Of a stretch of 64,000 nucleotides of DNA, positions 1-8,775 are shown piece after piece. The stretch spans positions 3,695 through 67,694 of the forward strand of contig JAOAIU010000024.1 of the NCBI GenBank assembly GCA_026414545.1, read 5' to 3'. Below the pieces are notes generated by a model. It made no database searches. It had not been told where the DNA came from and saw only the letters and a list, made by a program, of their open reading frames with translations. The number at the start of each line of letters is the position of its first letter. The stretch's first letter is position 1. The DNA is from Candidatus Saccharicenans sp. Lineage in GTDB: Bacteria > Acidobacteriota > Aminicenantia > Aminicenantales > Saccharicenantaceae. Made by a program: the position numbers and the translations under genes.

Positions 1-468
1 GAGCGAAGCATCGGTGAACCTTAGCTTAAGCTTCTCGGCTGAGGCCTTCAGTTTAACCGGCTGCTCAATAACAATCTCCTTCGGCTTTTCTTCGACCGAA
101 GGTTTCAATCCGGCTACCCTCCTGTACTCTTCCAGGACGAGCCGATTGTTGGGATCATAAGAAAGCGCCTTTTTATAAGCATTCAGAGCTTCTTCTTTTT
201 TGCCTTCAGCCAAAAGCTGCCTGGCTTTTTCCACCGAGCTAATAGCCGCGGCTGCTTTTGCCCTGAACAGGGCCAGCCGATAAACGGTTTCTTTCGGGTT
301 TTGAATCAGGGCCTGTTCGTAATACTTAATGGCTTCATCGTAATCCTTGTTTATTTCGGCCAGGTTGCCCTGCTTGTAAGCCGGACTGAAAGAAACGCAG
401 GCCAGAAAATTTACCAGCAACAGGGCTAGCCCCAGCCACCTGACCTTTGCCCTAATGATTTTTTTCAT
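1..468 (-). CDS. TPR-repeat lipoprotein, probably the N-terminal part of a PilQ/GspD-type secretin (partial; continues past the left window edge)
   Basis: Own translation of the reverse strand from ATG at 468 gives MKKIIRAKVRWLGLALLLVNFLAC (signal peptide plus lipobox). TPR-like helices follow (DYDEAIKYYEQALIQNP, EEALNAYKKALSYDPNN), then KLKLRFTDASL, which resembles the first strand of a secretin N-domain. It starts directly after the pilP-like stop. It is absent from the ORF track because it is open at the window edge. Confidence 0.5.
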   Translation of the reverse strand, partial: MKKIIRAKVRWLGLALLLVNFLACVSFSPAYKQGNLAEINKDYDEAIKYYEQALIQNPKETVYRLALFRAKAAAAISSVEKARQLLAEGKKEEALNAYKKALSYDPNNRLVLEEYRRVAGLKPSVEEKPKEIVIEQPVKLKASAEKLKLRFTDASL

Positions 469-469
469 C

Positions 470-994
470 CTATTTCTCCTTTACCCTGACCTTCCTGGAA
501 TTTCCCCTGTCATCCTGGAAAATGACCTCATCGGCCGAAATCCTGGTTAGCTTAACCCCGGGTATCAACTCCTCCCCTTCGGCCAGGGTGACAGCCTGCC
601 CATCTACCAAGATCAGGGCCATCTTCTTATTGCCGGAAGCGACCAGACCGGAACAGCTGAGGTTCAAGCTTTCCAGAATGGAGACCTGGCGCACCGGCCG
701 GGATTCGGCCTCGAGCGGAACCGTCCTTCTGGTCAACCCCCTGGCCGCCCCGGTCGGAACCGGCCGGAATGGGTCACGCTTGACCACGGCCATCTCGGGT
801 TTCAACTTTGTTAATAATTCTTTTTTTATGAATGAGGCCCCGGTTGCTGCTTCGGGTTGGGCTGTCGAATTCTGCTGGCAGGCTAAGGCCAGCCCGCCTT
901 CAGCAACCAGCATGAGGCAGAAAATCAACGGCAGGCTGAATGCAGCCAGAATGCGTCCGATTTTCGGCTCAGGCCTTTTACTGTGTCTTTTCAT
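470..994 (-). CDS. PilP/GspC-like pilus assembly lipoprotein
   Basis: 174 aa. Lipobox LALAC after an N-terminal hydrophobic segment, and a C-terminal beta-rich segment GLVASGNKKMALILVDGQAVTLAEGEELIPGVKLTRISADEVIF typical of PilP/GspC HR domains. It overlaps the pilO-like gene, so it lies in the same operon. Confidence 0.5.
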   Translation of the reverse strand: MKRHSKRPEPKIGRILAAFSLPLIFCLMLVAEGGLALACQQNSTAQPEAATGASFIKKELLTKLKPEMAVVKRDPFRPVPTGAARGLTRRTVPLEAESRPVRQVSILESLNLSCSGLVASGNKKMALILVDGQAVTLAEGEELIPGVKLTRISADEVIFQDDRGNSRKVRVKEK

Positions 995-1547
995 GGTAAT
1001 ACCCGGAAAGAGTGAGCCTCAGGTCGAGGACACCCGCAGCGCTATCCACCTTCTGGAAATTAAGCTGGTCGAGAAGCAGGAGGCGGGGCCAGGTTTCTAT
1101 CCGGTATAAAAACTTTTTGAGTACTGGATAGCTGACCCTGACGGCAAAGGAGGCCGCCATTCGGTTGAATTGTTTCTTGCCGTTTTCATCATACTGGTAG
1201 TTGATCGGAGGAACCGCCAGTCCGCTTTGCTGGAACAGGTTTTTAACGTCCTGTCGGAAGGCTTCCAGGCCCTCGGTTCCCTGGTAGAAAGCGGTGGTCT
1301 CCAGCTCTTCCAGGTCCTTCTTGGTCTGCTGCCAGCTCCGAAATTCCTGCTTGAACTGTTCGTTCTGGGCATTGATTCTGTCCAGCTCCATGGTCAGGCG
1401 GCTGGCTTCTGTCCTGACGGCATTAAGACGATAGGTCCAGAAAAATAAGGAAACGACCACCAGCAGCACCAGGCCGGTTGCAGTCAGGCCAAGCCCGGCC
1501 AGGCATTTTCTTTCTTTCGGGTCAAACAATTCAATAAATGCCGGCAT
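978..1547 (-). CDS. PilO-like bitopic inner-membrane pilus assembly protein
   Basis: 189 aa with a single N-terminal TM (LTATGLVLLVVVSLFFW) followed by a coiled-coil segment. Position is between the pilN-like and pilP-like genes with overlapping stop/start codons. Confidence 0.5.
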   Translation of the reverse strand: MPAFIELFDPKERKCLAGLGLTATGLVLLVVVSLFFWTYRLNAVRTEASRLTMELDRINAQNEQFKQEFRSWQQTKKDLEELETTAFYQGTEGLEAFRQDVKNLFQQSGLAVPPINYQYDENGKKQFNRMAASFAVRVSYPVLKKFLYRIETWPRLLLLDQLNFQKVDSAAGVLDLRLTLSGYYHEKTQ

Positions 1548-2109
1548 CTCTGAACGTCATCTCCACTTGAAATCGGTTGTCCTGGTAATTTTCGTTAAGG
1601 ACTTTGATATCCTCAAATCTCTGAAGCTGCAGATTCTTGGTGAGCTGGGCGAGTTCATCCCGGTGCCCCAGAGCCACCCTGGCCCGGAATTCCCGGCTGG
1701 TCAGGGAAGAGGGCGGATTCAGAGTCAGCAGAAAGCTCCCCGGGGGAAGGGCTTCTTCCAGGCGGCTAAAGAAAACTACCCAGGAGAAGCTTTTTCTTTC
1801 CAGAAGACCGTTGATCTCGTCCACTGGCTCCCGGTAGCGTCGCCGCAGGTTCTCCAGCTCCCGGAAGAGTTGCTGATTCTCGGAACTGAGGCTGTCTTTC
1901 TTTTCCACCAGGATGAGATTAGACTGCCTGAGCTGGCGGAATCGGGTCAGGCTCTCCAGGTTGAACAGCACCAGGACCACCGCCGCCGCCAGGATAACCA
2001 GGACCAAGCCAACCGTCATAAAACGGTAGGGACGGCGGTTACGACGCGGCTGGCTGGCCAGGTTGATCATCAGGTTCCAGCCGTTTTTATGATAACGGTT
2101 GGCCATCAT
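1531..2109 (-). CDS. PilN-like (fimbrial assembly) bitopic membrane protein
   Basis: 192 aa with a basic N-terminus (NLASQPRRNRRPYRF), one TM, then a coiled coil. It sits immediately downstream of the pilM-like gene with a 4-nt overlap. Confidence 0.5.
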   Translation of the reverse strand: MMANRYHKNGWNLMINLASQPRRNRRPYRFMTVGLVLVILAAAVVLVLFNLESLTRFRQLRQSNLILVEKKDSLSSENQQLFRELENLRRRYREPVDEINGLLERKSFSWVVFFSRLEEALPPGSFLLTLNPPSSLTSREFRARVALGHRDELAQLTKNLQLQRFEDIKVLNENYQDNRFQVEMTFRDAGIY

Positions 2110-2999
2110 TGACCCCCCATGAGCGGCGCCAGGAACTGCTGCTCGCTCAAAACTTCTTCCACCTTAATCCCGAGCAACTTTTCCATCTCGGTGGTCAACC
2201 AGACCGGGTTTCCCAGGTTGGACCGAACATAGACCAGGGCCGGTTTCCGGCGAATTTTATCTTCTATAAAATTAACGGTGTTTTCGACTTCTTTAAGAAT
2301 GCCAGCCCGGTTGGACTCGTTCTCGGGCCAGAGTTGTTTCTGCCGGTAAAGATAAGGGGCGCTATCCAGCACGACCACCAGGCTCAGATAATCGAGGTCA
2401 GCATCGACCAGAAGGAAATCGCCCGCTTCCGCTCCCGCCCTGACCACCAGGTTAAGCACCGAAAGCGAGGGAATGGTCAGCTTGCCGGGATGCAGCTTTT
2501 TTTCGGTAAATATCGCCTCGTACTCGGCCGCCACTTCTTCCCCGAGGCAGACCACTAGAACTCTTTTCTCTCTGCCGGAATTAAAGGTCTGATAGGAATA
2601 CCGTACCCGGTCAAGGGGATGGGAAAGATGATGCTCCAGCTTCCATTCTATGAACCTGACCTGTTCGGCCGGAGCCAGGCTGGCGCTTTCCAGCTGAAAG
2701 ATAAAAGCCCGGGCACTCATTTCAGGGAGGATTACCGTGACCGAATGGCCAGACGGTTTTAACTTTCTCCAGGTTTTTTTTATGAGTTCCTGCAACCAGC
2801 CAGGCTGCGCTATGTTCTTCTGCAGAAGCTGGGCTTCCACCAGGCCGGAAGAAATGGGATGGTAAACATAATCATCCGGAGTTATCCGGAATTCGGCCGA
2901 AGTTTTCAGGGCGGCAAAGTAGGAAGGAGCAATCTGGAAGACAGCCGAGGGCCTCGGCTGTTCCAGAAAATACCGTTTTATTCTTTCTCTCACACCCAT
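2106..2999 (-). CDS. PilM-like cytoplasmic pilus assembly protein
   Basis: About 297 aa, cytoplasmic, sited between pilB and the pilN-like gene. I prefer the ATG at 2999 (MGVRERIK..., 5 nt after the pilB stop) over the TTG at 3014 used in the ORF track. The assignment rests mostly on synteny and size. Confidence 0.5.
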   Translation of the reverse strand: MGVRERIKRYFLEQPRPSAVFQIAPSYFAALKTSAEFRITPDDYVYHPISSGLVEAQLLQKNIAQPGWLQELIKKTWRKLKPSGHSVTVILPEMSARAFIFQLESASLAPAEQVRFIEWKLEHHLSHPLDRVRYSYQTFNSGREKRVLVVCLGEEVAAEYEAIFTEKKLHPGKLTIPSLSVLNLVVRAGAEAGDFLLVDADLDYLSLVVVLDSAPYLYRQKQLWPENESNRAGILKEVENTVNFIEDKIRRKPALVYVRSNLGNPVWLTTEMEKLLGIKVEEVLSEQQFLAPLMGGQ

Positions 3000-3003
3000 C
3001 CGT

Positions 3004-4614
3004 TCACTCAACAAAGGTGACTTTATTCAGGTCTTTCAGGCTGGTCACGCCGGAGAGAACCTTTTCCAGGCCAGCCTGTCGCAGAGGAATCATTCCTTCT
3101 TCCTGAGCTACTTTCTTGACTTCTGACAGCGGTTTCCTGGCCAGGATCATCTCCCTGATATTATCTGAAAGCTCCAGCAACTCGGCAATCGCCGTCCTAC
3201 CCTTGTAGCCGGTCCCATGGCAATCGTTGCAACCACGGGGCTCGTAAAAGGTCAGGTTGCGGAACCTGTCAGGATCCAGTCCCGAAAGTTCCAGGGTGAC
3301 ATCATCATACCTGGTCGGAGCCTTGCACCTGGGGCAGAGTACCCGGACCAGCCGCTGGGCCAGGATGCAGTTCAGGGCTGAAATGAAGCTGTAGGGGTCA
3401 ACCTGCATGTGCAGGAAACGGCCGATGACGTCAAAGACGTTGTTGGCATGAACCGTGGTAAAAACCAGGTGCCCGGTCAGGGCCGACTGGATAGCAATCT
3501 GGGCGGTCTCCGGGTCGCGGATTTCGCCCACCATGATCTTATCCGGGTCATGACGCAGGATGGAGCGCAGGCCCCGGGCGAAGGTCAGCCCCTTTTTTTC
3601 GTTGACCTGAATCTGAGTGATGCCTTCAATCTGATACTCAACCGGGTCCTCGATGGTAATGATCTTGTCCTCGGGAGATTTGATTTCCGTCAGGGCAGCG
3701 TAGAGGGTAGTGGTCTTGCCGCTTCCGGTCGGGCCGGTCACCAGGACCATGCCATAGGGCTGATAGATATAACGTCTGAACTTCCGCAGGACATAATCAG
3801 AAAAGCCCAGCAGGTCAAGACGCAACTCGGCAAAGGCTTCGGTGATCATTTCTTTGTCCAGGATGCGGATGACCGCATCTTCCCCGTAGATGCAGGGCAT
3901 GATGGAAACGCGAAAATCAATCGTCTTATCCTTGATTTTCAGGCGGAAGCGTCCGTCCTGGGGTACCCGGCGCTCAGAAATGTCCAGGTCAGACATGATC
4001 TTTATGCGCGATATTATCAGCGATTGGAACTGGCGGGCGAGCGGCTCCATGGCCTCGGTCAGGACTCCATCGATGCGGTATTTAACCCGGACGAAATTCT
4101 CCTTAGATTCTATGTGAATGTCGCTGGCCCGCTTCTGAACGGCAGTAAATATTATGGTATTTACCAGCTTGATGATGGAACCGTCCTGCTCGGTTAGTTT
4201 CTCTATGGTAATGACATCTTCCTCTTCACCCGTTTCCTTTTCCACCACCTGGCGGACAAAGCCCTCGGTGGCTTCCTTCAATACCTGGGCGGCGGCCTCA
4301 CTGCGACGCAGGGCTTCCTGGACGCCCCTCTTGCTGGCCGCAAACACTTCAACTTTTTTCCCGGCAAACGTCTCTATGCTATCGATGGCTGCCAGGTCGG
4401 AGGGGTCGGCTATAGCAATCTGCAAAACCCGGCCGGTATCGTGCAGCGGAACAAAATTGTACCTGTACAGAAACTCCACCGGAAATGATTGCACCAGCTC
4501 TCGGTCTAACTCCTGACTGCTCAGGTCAAGATACGGCACCCGGTATTTTTCAGCCAGTTTCTTGGCTTCCAGCTCCTCAGCCAGCAGCAGCCCGTTGGCA
4601 TCACCTTTGGGCAA
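3004..4614 (-). CDS. pilB: Type IV pilus / type II secretion assembly ATPase (PilB/GspE family)
   Basis: 536 aa with Walker A GPTGSGKTTT, an Asp box and Walker B (IMVGEIRD), a tetracysteine motif CPRC...CNDCHGTG, and a T2SSE_N-like N-terminal domain. Confidence 0.9.
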   Translation of the reverse strand: MPKGDANGLLLAEELEAKKLAEKYRVPYLDLSSQELDRELVQSFPVEFLYRYNFVPLHDTGRVLQIAIADPSDLAAIDSIETFAGKKVEVFAASKRGVQEALRRSEAAAQVLKEATEGFVRQVVEKETGEEEDVITIEKLTEQDGSIIKLVNTIIFTAVQKRASDIHIESKENFVRVKYRIDGVLTEAMEPLARQFQSLIISRIKIMSDLDISERRVPQDGRFRLKIKDKTIDFRVSIMPCIYGEDAVIRILDKEMITEAFAELRLDLLGFSDYVLRKFRRYIYQPYGMVLVTGPTGSGKTTTLYAALTEIKSPEDKIITIEDPVEYQIEGITQIQVNEKKGLTFARGLRSILRHDPDKIMVGEIRDPETAQIAIQSALTGHLVFTTVHANNVFDVIGRFLHMQVDPYSFISALNCILAQRLVRVLCPRCKAPTRYDDVTLELSGLDPDRFRNLTFYEPRGCNDCHGTGYKGRTAIAELLELSDNIREMILARKPLSEVKKVAQEEGMIPLRQAGLEKVLSGVTSLKDLNKVTFVE

Positions 4615-4630
4615 ATTGTCCTCCTCTATC

Positions 4631-5833
4631 TCACCTGGTTATCCTGATGATGTTAAAAATCGGAAGATATATAGATAATATCATACCAGCAGCCACCAGA
4701 CCGATAAATATGATGATAACCGGCTCGATCAGAGAAACCAGGGTTTGAATCCGATCCCGCAGCCTCTCGTCGTAAAAATCGGCCACCTCGGCCAGCATGC
4801 CAGGCAGGTTAGCCGAGCTCTCGCCTATTCTGATCATATCCATGGCCAGCTGGGGTAGAATTTCAGTTTTATGGAGCGAGTCATAAAGGCTCAGGCCATT
4901 CTTCAGGCTCTCGGGCACAGACTGCAGCCTCGAGGAGATGAAACGATTGGGCACGGAAAAGGCAGCCACGCTGACCGAGGACAGCAAGGTTATGCCGGCT
5001 TCAAGGAGCAGCCCCAGGGTCCGGCTGTAAAGGGCCACGGCCGAGTCAGAAACTATAAACCGAGAAAATGGCAGGCGAAGCTTCAAACGGTCTTTGAAAA
5101 TTATGAATGAAGCCCTGCGCCTTATGATAAGATAAACTAACAACAATACGAGGAACAGAAGGCCAAACCAGAGAAGGTTAGTTCTGACAAAAATGGCTAG
5201 CCTGAGCAGGAACCTGGTGAGAGCCGGAAGCTGGGCCCCGAAGTCGGCATAAAAAGTGGCAAACCGGGGCAGAACCAGCCCTACCAGCAACCCTATCAAG
5301 ATGGCCGAAAAAATAACCAGCAGGGTCGGATAAAGCAGGGCTGAGCGCACCCGGCTCCTGGTCTGGTCGATAACCTTAGCATACTGGATGTACCTGGCCA
5401 GGGAACCCGGCAAGTTGCCGCTTCTCTCCCCGGCCATCAACGAAGCCGTATAAACCTTGGAGAAAAGATTCTCATAGGGGGCAAAGGCTTCGGACAGGGT
5501 CTTTCCGCCGCGGATTTCAGATTCTACCTTACTGATGATGTCCAGAAGAAAAGGATTTTCTACCCGCTTTTTTACCAGTTCCAGGCTCTTGAGCACGGGA
5601 TAACCGGCCTTGAGCAAGGCCACCAGCTCCTGGTTAAAAAGAATGAATTCAGCCGGCTTGATTCTTTTCCCAAAGAGACGGACCTGAGAAAGCTTGATCT
5701 CTTTTCGTATGGAAAGAACGCACAACCCTTCGGCTTCAAGGGTCTTGCGGCAATCTTCGGCCGAGGCCGCCTCAAGTGTTTCCTTCAAAATGCGGCCATC
5801 AGAAGTCACGATGCGGCAGATGAAAGCTGGCAT
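4631..5833 (-). CDS. pilC: Type IV pilus / T2SS platform protein (PilC/GspF family)
   Basis: 400 aa with the duplicated GspF-type architecture: two cytoplasmic helical domains, each followed by TM segments. It includes LSEAF...P and MIRIGESSANLPGML motifs. Confidence 0.85.
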   Translation of the reverse strand: MPAFICRIVTSDGRILKETLEAASAEDCRKTLEAEGLCVLSIRKEIKLSQVRLFGKRIKPAEFILFNQELVALLKAGYPVLKSLELVKKRVENPFLLDIISKVESEIRGGKTLSEAFAPYENLFSKVYTASLMAGERSGNLPGSLARYIQYAKVIDQTRSRVRSALLYPTLLVIFSAILIGLLVGLVLPRFATFYADFGAQLPALTRFLLRLAIFVRTNLLWFGLLFLVLLLVYLIIRRRASFIIFKDRLKLRLPFSRFIVSDSAVALYSRTLGLLLEAGITLLSSVSVAAFSVPNRFISSRLQSVPESLKNGLSLYDSLHKTEILPQLAMDMIRIGESSANLPGMLAEVADFYDERLRDRIQTLVSLIEPVIIIFIGLVAAGMILSIYLPIFNIIRITR

Positions 5834-6258
5834 TTGGTTATTAACTCTCGCTTTTGACTTATCTTAAGTTAGCTCCCAGATTATGTCAATCTGTCTTTCA
5901 CCAGTCAGGGGGAGCCTGGCCCTTCCATATTTAATATAAAGCAGACCCGCAAAATAAGTTGCGGGTTGGATGGGGATTATAACCAGAAGATCAGGCAGCG
6001 CCAGCCCATCGGGCGCCACCCGGCCGTCTTGGGGAGAGGAGGTCAGTTTTAAGGCCCAGAGTAAAATAGGCAAGGCCTGAGTAATTAGCAGGTTCCCTGG
6101 CCCGAAATTATGATAAAAACGGCTTGCCATAAGTCCTGTCCAGAATTATTTTTCTAAATATTTAGTCGCAATTGGGGCCACTAAATGTAATGAAATCAAT
6201 AAGTTTCTGCATTGTCGGCAGTATTTCCAAAAAAAATTACAAAAAAATATAAAAATAG

Positions 6259-6287
6259 TTGACAAATGTCATTTCTTGGCTTATAAT
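6259..6287 (+). promoter_or_regulatory. Consensus sigma70-type promoter (TTGACA-17 nt-TATAAT) with A-tract UP-like element and an inverted repeat over the -35 box
   Basis: TTGACA at 6259-6264, exactly 17 nt of spacer, then TATAAT at 6282-6287. It is preceded by the A-rich tract CCAAAAAAAATTACAAAAAAATATAAAAATAG (6226-6258). TGACA-AA-TGTCA (6260-6271) overlaps the -35 box. The RBS GAAGGAAG and the ATG at 6309 follow. Confidence 0.7.
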
Positions 6288-6308
6288 GTAAACCGAAAGA
6301 AGGAAGCA

Positions 6309-7565
6309 ATGGGTGGCACCAGCGACCGACCCGGGTTGGATCCAACCTTCCCCTTAAGGTTAAGAGCAGCCCGTTTGAAGGCCGGCCTCAGTCTCGAGGA
6401 CCTGGCCCAGAAGCTCGGGGGAATAATAACCAGGCAGGCCATCGCCAAGTACGAAAAAGGCCTGATCAGCCCATCTCCCGAGGTGCTGGAACACCTCCTC
6501 CAGGTCCTCGAGATCCCTCCTTCCCCGGACATTCCGGAAGAAGTGCCGGAGAAACCGGAAGAATTCACGGCGGAGATTCGAGCCTGCACGGTGGGGGGAG
6601 CTTCGGTCAGTAAGAAAGAATCAATGGAATCAAAGCAGGGCAAGCCCGGGATAATTACCTGTAGGTACATCAGTAACGTAATCCCGCCCACCCCCACCAG
6701 AAGAGCCCAGTACCTGCAGAGGGCCTGGGCCGAACTGATTCCGGAAGAAGAAATAGAAATGCGTCCGGAGCCGCGCCTGGCCAGGAAACAGGTCCTCGCC
6801 CTGAGAATAATCCTTTCTGAAAAGATGAAAAATTACCTCTGGCTGGAAAAGTTGTTAAGGCAGGAAAAACTCTTCCAGCCGCCCTTCAAGCTAAAAATAT
6901 TGAAAATGGATGAAGCGGAAAAAGCGGCTGAAGATTTGCGGCGGCATTGGGACCTGGGAACCGGAACCGTGACCAACCTGTTGACCTTCCTGGAAGAGCG
7001 GGGCATAAAGACTTTCAGGCTGGCTGGCCCGGAAAAATTTGAGAGCCATTCTGGTTTTTACCGTGGACAGCCCTTCATCGCCGTGGAGGATAACCTGCCG
7101 GTGGACAGGGTCAGGTTCAGGGCGGCCGCGGAGCTGGCCCAGGTTCTGTTCGGATTGGCCAACGACCCCGAGACCATCAGGCTTTATAACAGGTTTGCCG
7201 CCGCTTTCCTGTTGCCAGCCAGGATCCTGGAAGAATACTTCCTGCCAGCCGGAAGAAAAATCGCTTTTAGCGAGCTGGCAGAAATCAAGACAAGGTATGG
7301 CATATCACTCCAGGCCATCATGCGCCGGGCCCTGGACCTGGAGCTGGTCACTGAAAGGCGTTTTCGCTCCTTCAGAGAAATGATGAACGAAAAAGGCTGG
7401 CTGTGGAAGGAGCCGGTTGAATACCGGGGTGAGGAGAACCCATCCAGGTTCAGAAGGTTGCTGCACTATGCTGTTTCCTCGGAAATTCTGACCCCGGAGA
7501 GAGCCGCCGCCCTGGCCGAGACCACGCCAGAAGAGCTAAAAAAGGAAATGGGCGAAATATTTTAA
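6309..7565 (+). CDS. XRE-family HTH regulator fused to an ImmA/IrrE (peptidase M78)-like domain that lacks the HEXXH histidines
   Basis: The N-terminal LRAARLKAGLSLEDLAQKLGGIITRQAIAKYEKG is a classic XRE HTH. The C-terminal half has ImmA/IrrE hallmarks (RFRAAAELAQVLF aligned to the usual xxxAHELGHxxx, then NRFAAAFLLPA). The metal-binding His residues are replaced by A and Q. I moved the start to ATG 6309 because the track's TTG at 6276 lies inside the promoter spacer. Confidence 0.75.
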   Translation: MGGTSDRPGLDPTFPLRLRAARLKAGLSLEDLAQKLGGIITRQAIAKYEKGLISPSPEVLEHLLQVLEIPPSPDIPEEVPEKPEEFTAEIRACTVGGASVSKKESMESKQGKPGIITCRYISNVIPPTPTRRAQYLQRAWAELIPEEEIEMRPEPRLARKQVLALRIILSEKMKNYLWLEKLLRQEKLFQPPFKLKILKMDEAEKAAEDLRRHWDLGTGTVTNLLTFLEERGIKTFRLAGPEKFESHSGFYRGQPFIAVEDNLPVDRVRFRAAAELAQVLFGLANDPETIRLYNRFAAAFLLPARILEEYFLPAGRKIAFSELAEIKTRYGISLQAIMRRALDLELVTERRFRSFREMMNEKGWLWKEPVEYRGEENPSRFRRLLHYAVSSEILTPERAAALAETTPEELKKEMGEIF

Positions 7566-7728
7566 GCCGGGCTCGCTCCGGCTCAAACGATAAAGGTGCG
7601 CGGGAGCAAAATTTGATTGGGGGTTGATGATGGGCCTTGTTAACCAACTAATCAAGATTCCACCTTAGGTCCCGGGCCTCAGGTTATCTTGATTTCTTAA
7701 AACTGACACCTTTTAAGGAGAAAACAAG

Positions 7729-8775
7729 ATGGAAAGGATTGTTAATCTTTACCTGCGGGGAATGGAACTCGAAAATCCCCAGAAACATGAGGACATGGTT
7801 CTTTTCCCCATAACCGCCAGGCTCAACCAGGGTCCGGATTACCTTACCCTGGCCGAGGCCCTGGAGAAAGGGCTGTTTGAAGTGGGCGAGGTTGGGCCAG
7901 GTGGCTCCGTACCGGAACTGAAAGCCACCAACAATGGTGAAAAACCGGTCCTGCTGCTCGACGGCGAAGAATTGAGGGGCGCCAAGCAGAACCGGGTACT
8001 CAACACCACCATCATGATCGGTCCTAAAAGCTCGGTGGTTATCCCGGTCAGCTGCGTCGAAGCCCGCCGCTGGCACGGCCCTTCCCTTCGCATGGAAAAG
8101 TCCGAGCACATGATGGCTCACTATATCCGCCGAAAAAAGATGGCCCAGGTTCACCGCAACCTGGAAATTAATCGCAGTTTCAGGTCGGACCAGTCCGAAA
8201 TCTGGGCCGATATTGATCATCTGGCTCACAATTTACAGGTAGAATCACCAACCGGAGCCATGAGCGACATCTATGAAGCCAGGGAAAAAGACCTGAAAGC
8301 TTATCTCCAGGCCTTTTCTTGCATCCCGGAACAGAAAGGTCTGCTGGTCTTCATCGAAGGCCAGCCGGTAGGTCTGGAATTTGTCTCCAGAGATGCTGCC
8401 TTCAGCCGGCTGTTCCAGAAGCTTCTCAAGAGCTACGTCCTGGAAGCTATCAACCTTAAGCACGAAAAGAAAGCCGGGAAGAAGAGTAAAAAGAATTCGG
8501 AAGCAGCAAACCCAGTCAGCCTAGAGCAAGCCAGGGTTTTTATCGATGCTGCCGGGCGATGCGAAGAAAAGAGATTCCAGTCCATCGGCCTGGGTGTTTC
8601 CTGCCGCTACCGGAGTGATTCCATGGTCGGGGCAGCCCTGGAAGTTGACGGCTCGGTGCCGCATCTGGCTTTCTTTGCGATTAATAACGGAAATGAACAA
8701 AACAGGTCCTGGCGTCAAGAAGAAAATTTCCCGCAACTTCGCATCAGGAAACGCTACCTGTTTGACGAGGAATAA
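7729..8775 (+). CDS. Conserved hypothetical protein, DUF6569 / ARPP-1-like (family name recalled from memory, needs an HMM check)
   Basis: 348 aa. The N-terminal block LFPI...DYLTLAEALEKGLFEVGEVGPGGSVPELKATNNGEKPVLLLDGEELRGAKQNRVLNTTIMI...IPVSCVEARRW matches a widespread uncharacterised bacterial family as I remember it. RBS AAGGAGAA precedes the ATG. Confidence 0.45.
   Translation: MERIVNLYLRGMELENPQKHEDMVLFPITARLNQGPDYLTLAEALEKGLFEVGEVGPGGSVPELKATNNGEKPVLLLDGEELRGAKQNRVLNTTIMIGPKSSVVIPVSCVEARRWHGPSLRMEKSEHMMAHYIRRKKMAQVHRNLEINRSFRSDQSEIWADIDHLAHNLQVESPTGAMSDIYEAREKDLKAYLQAFSCIPEQKGLLVFIEGQPVGLEFVSRDAAFSRLFQKLLKSYVLEAINLKHEKKAGKKSKKNSEAANPVSLEQARVFIDAAGRCEEKRFQSIGLGVSCRYRSDSMVGAALEVDGSVPHLAFFAINNGNEQNRSWRQEENFPQLRIRKRYLFDEE

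Noticed and set aside
5864-6130. An 88-aa minus-strand ORF directly upstream of pilC that could have been a pilin. The region also contains a hairpin ACCCGCAA-AATAAG-TTGCGGGT at about 5946-5967.
   Set aside because: There is no class III (prepilin) leader or hydrophobic N-terminal helix, no RBS, and the composition is unconvincing. The hairpin has no adjacent T-run. I left it unannotated rather than calling a gene.
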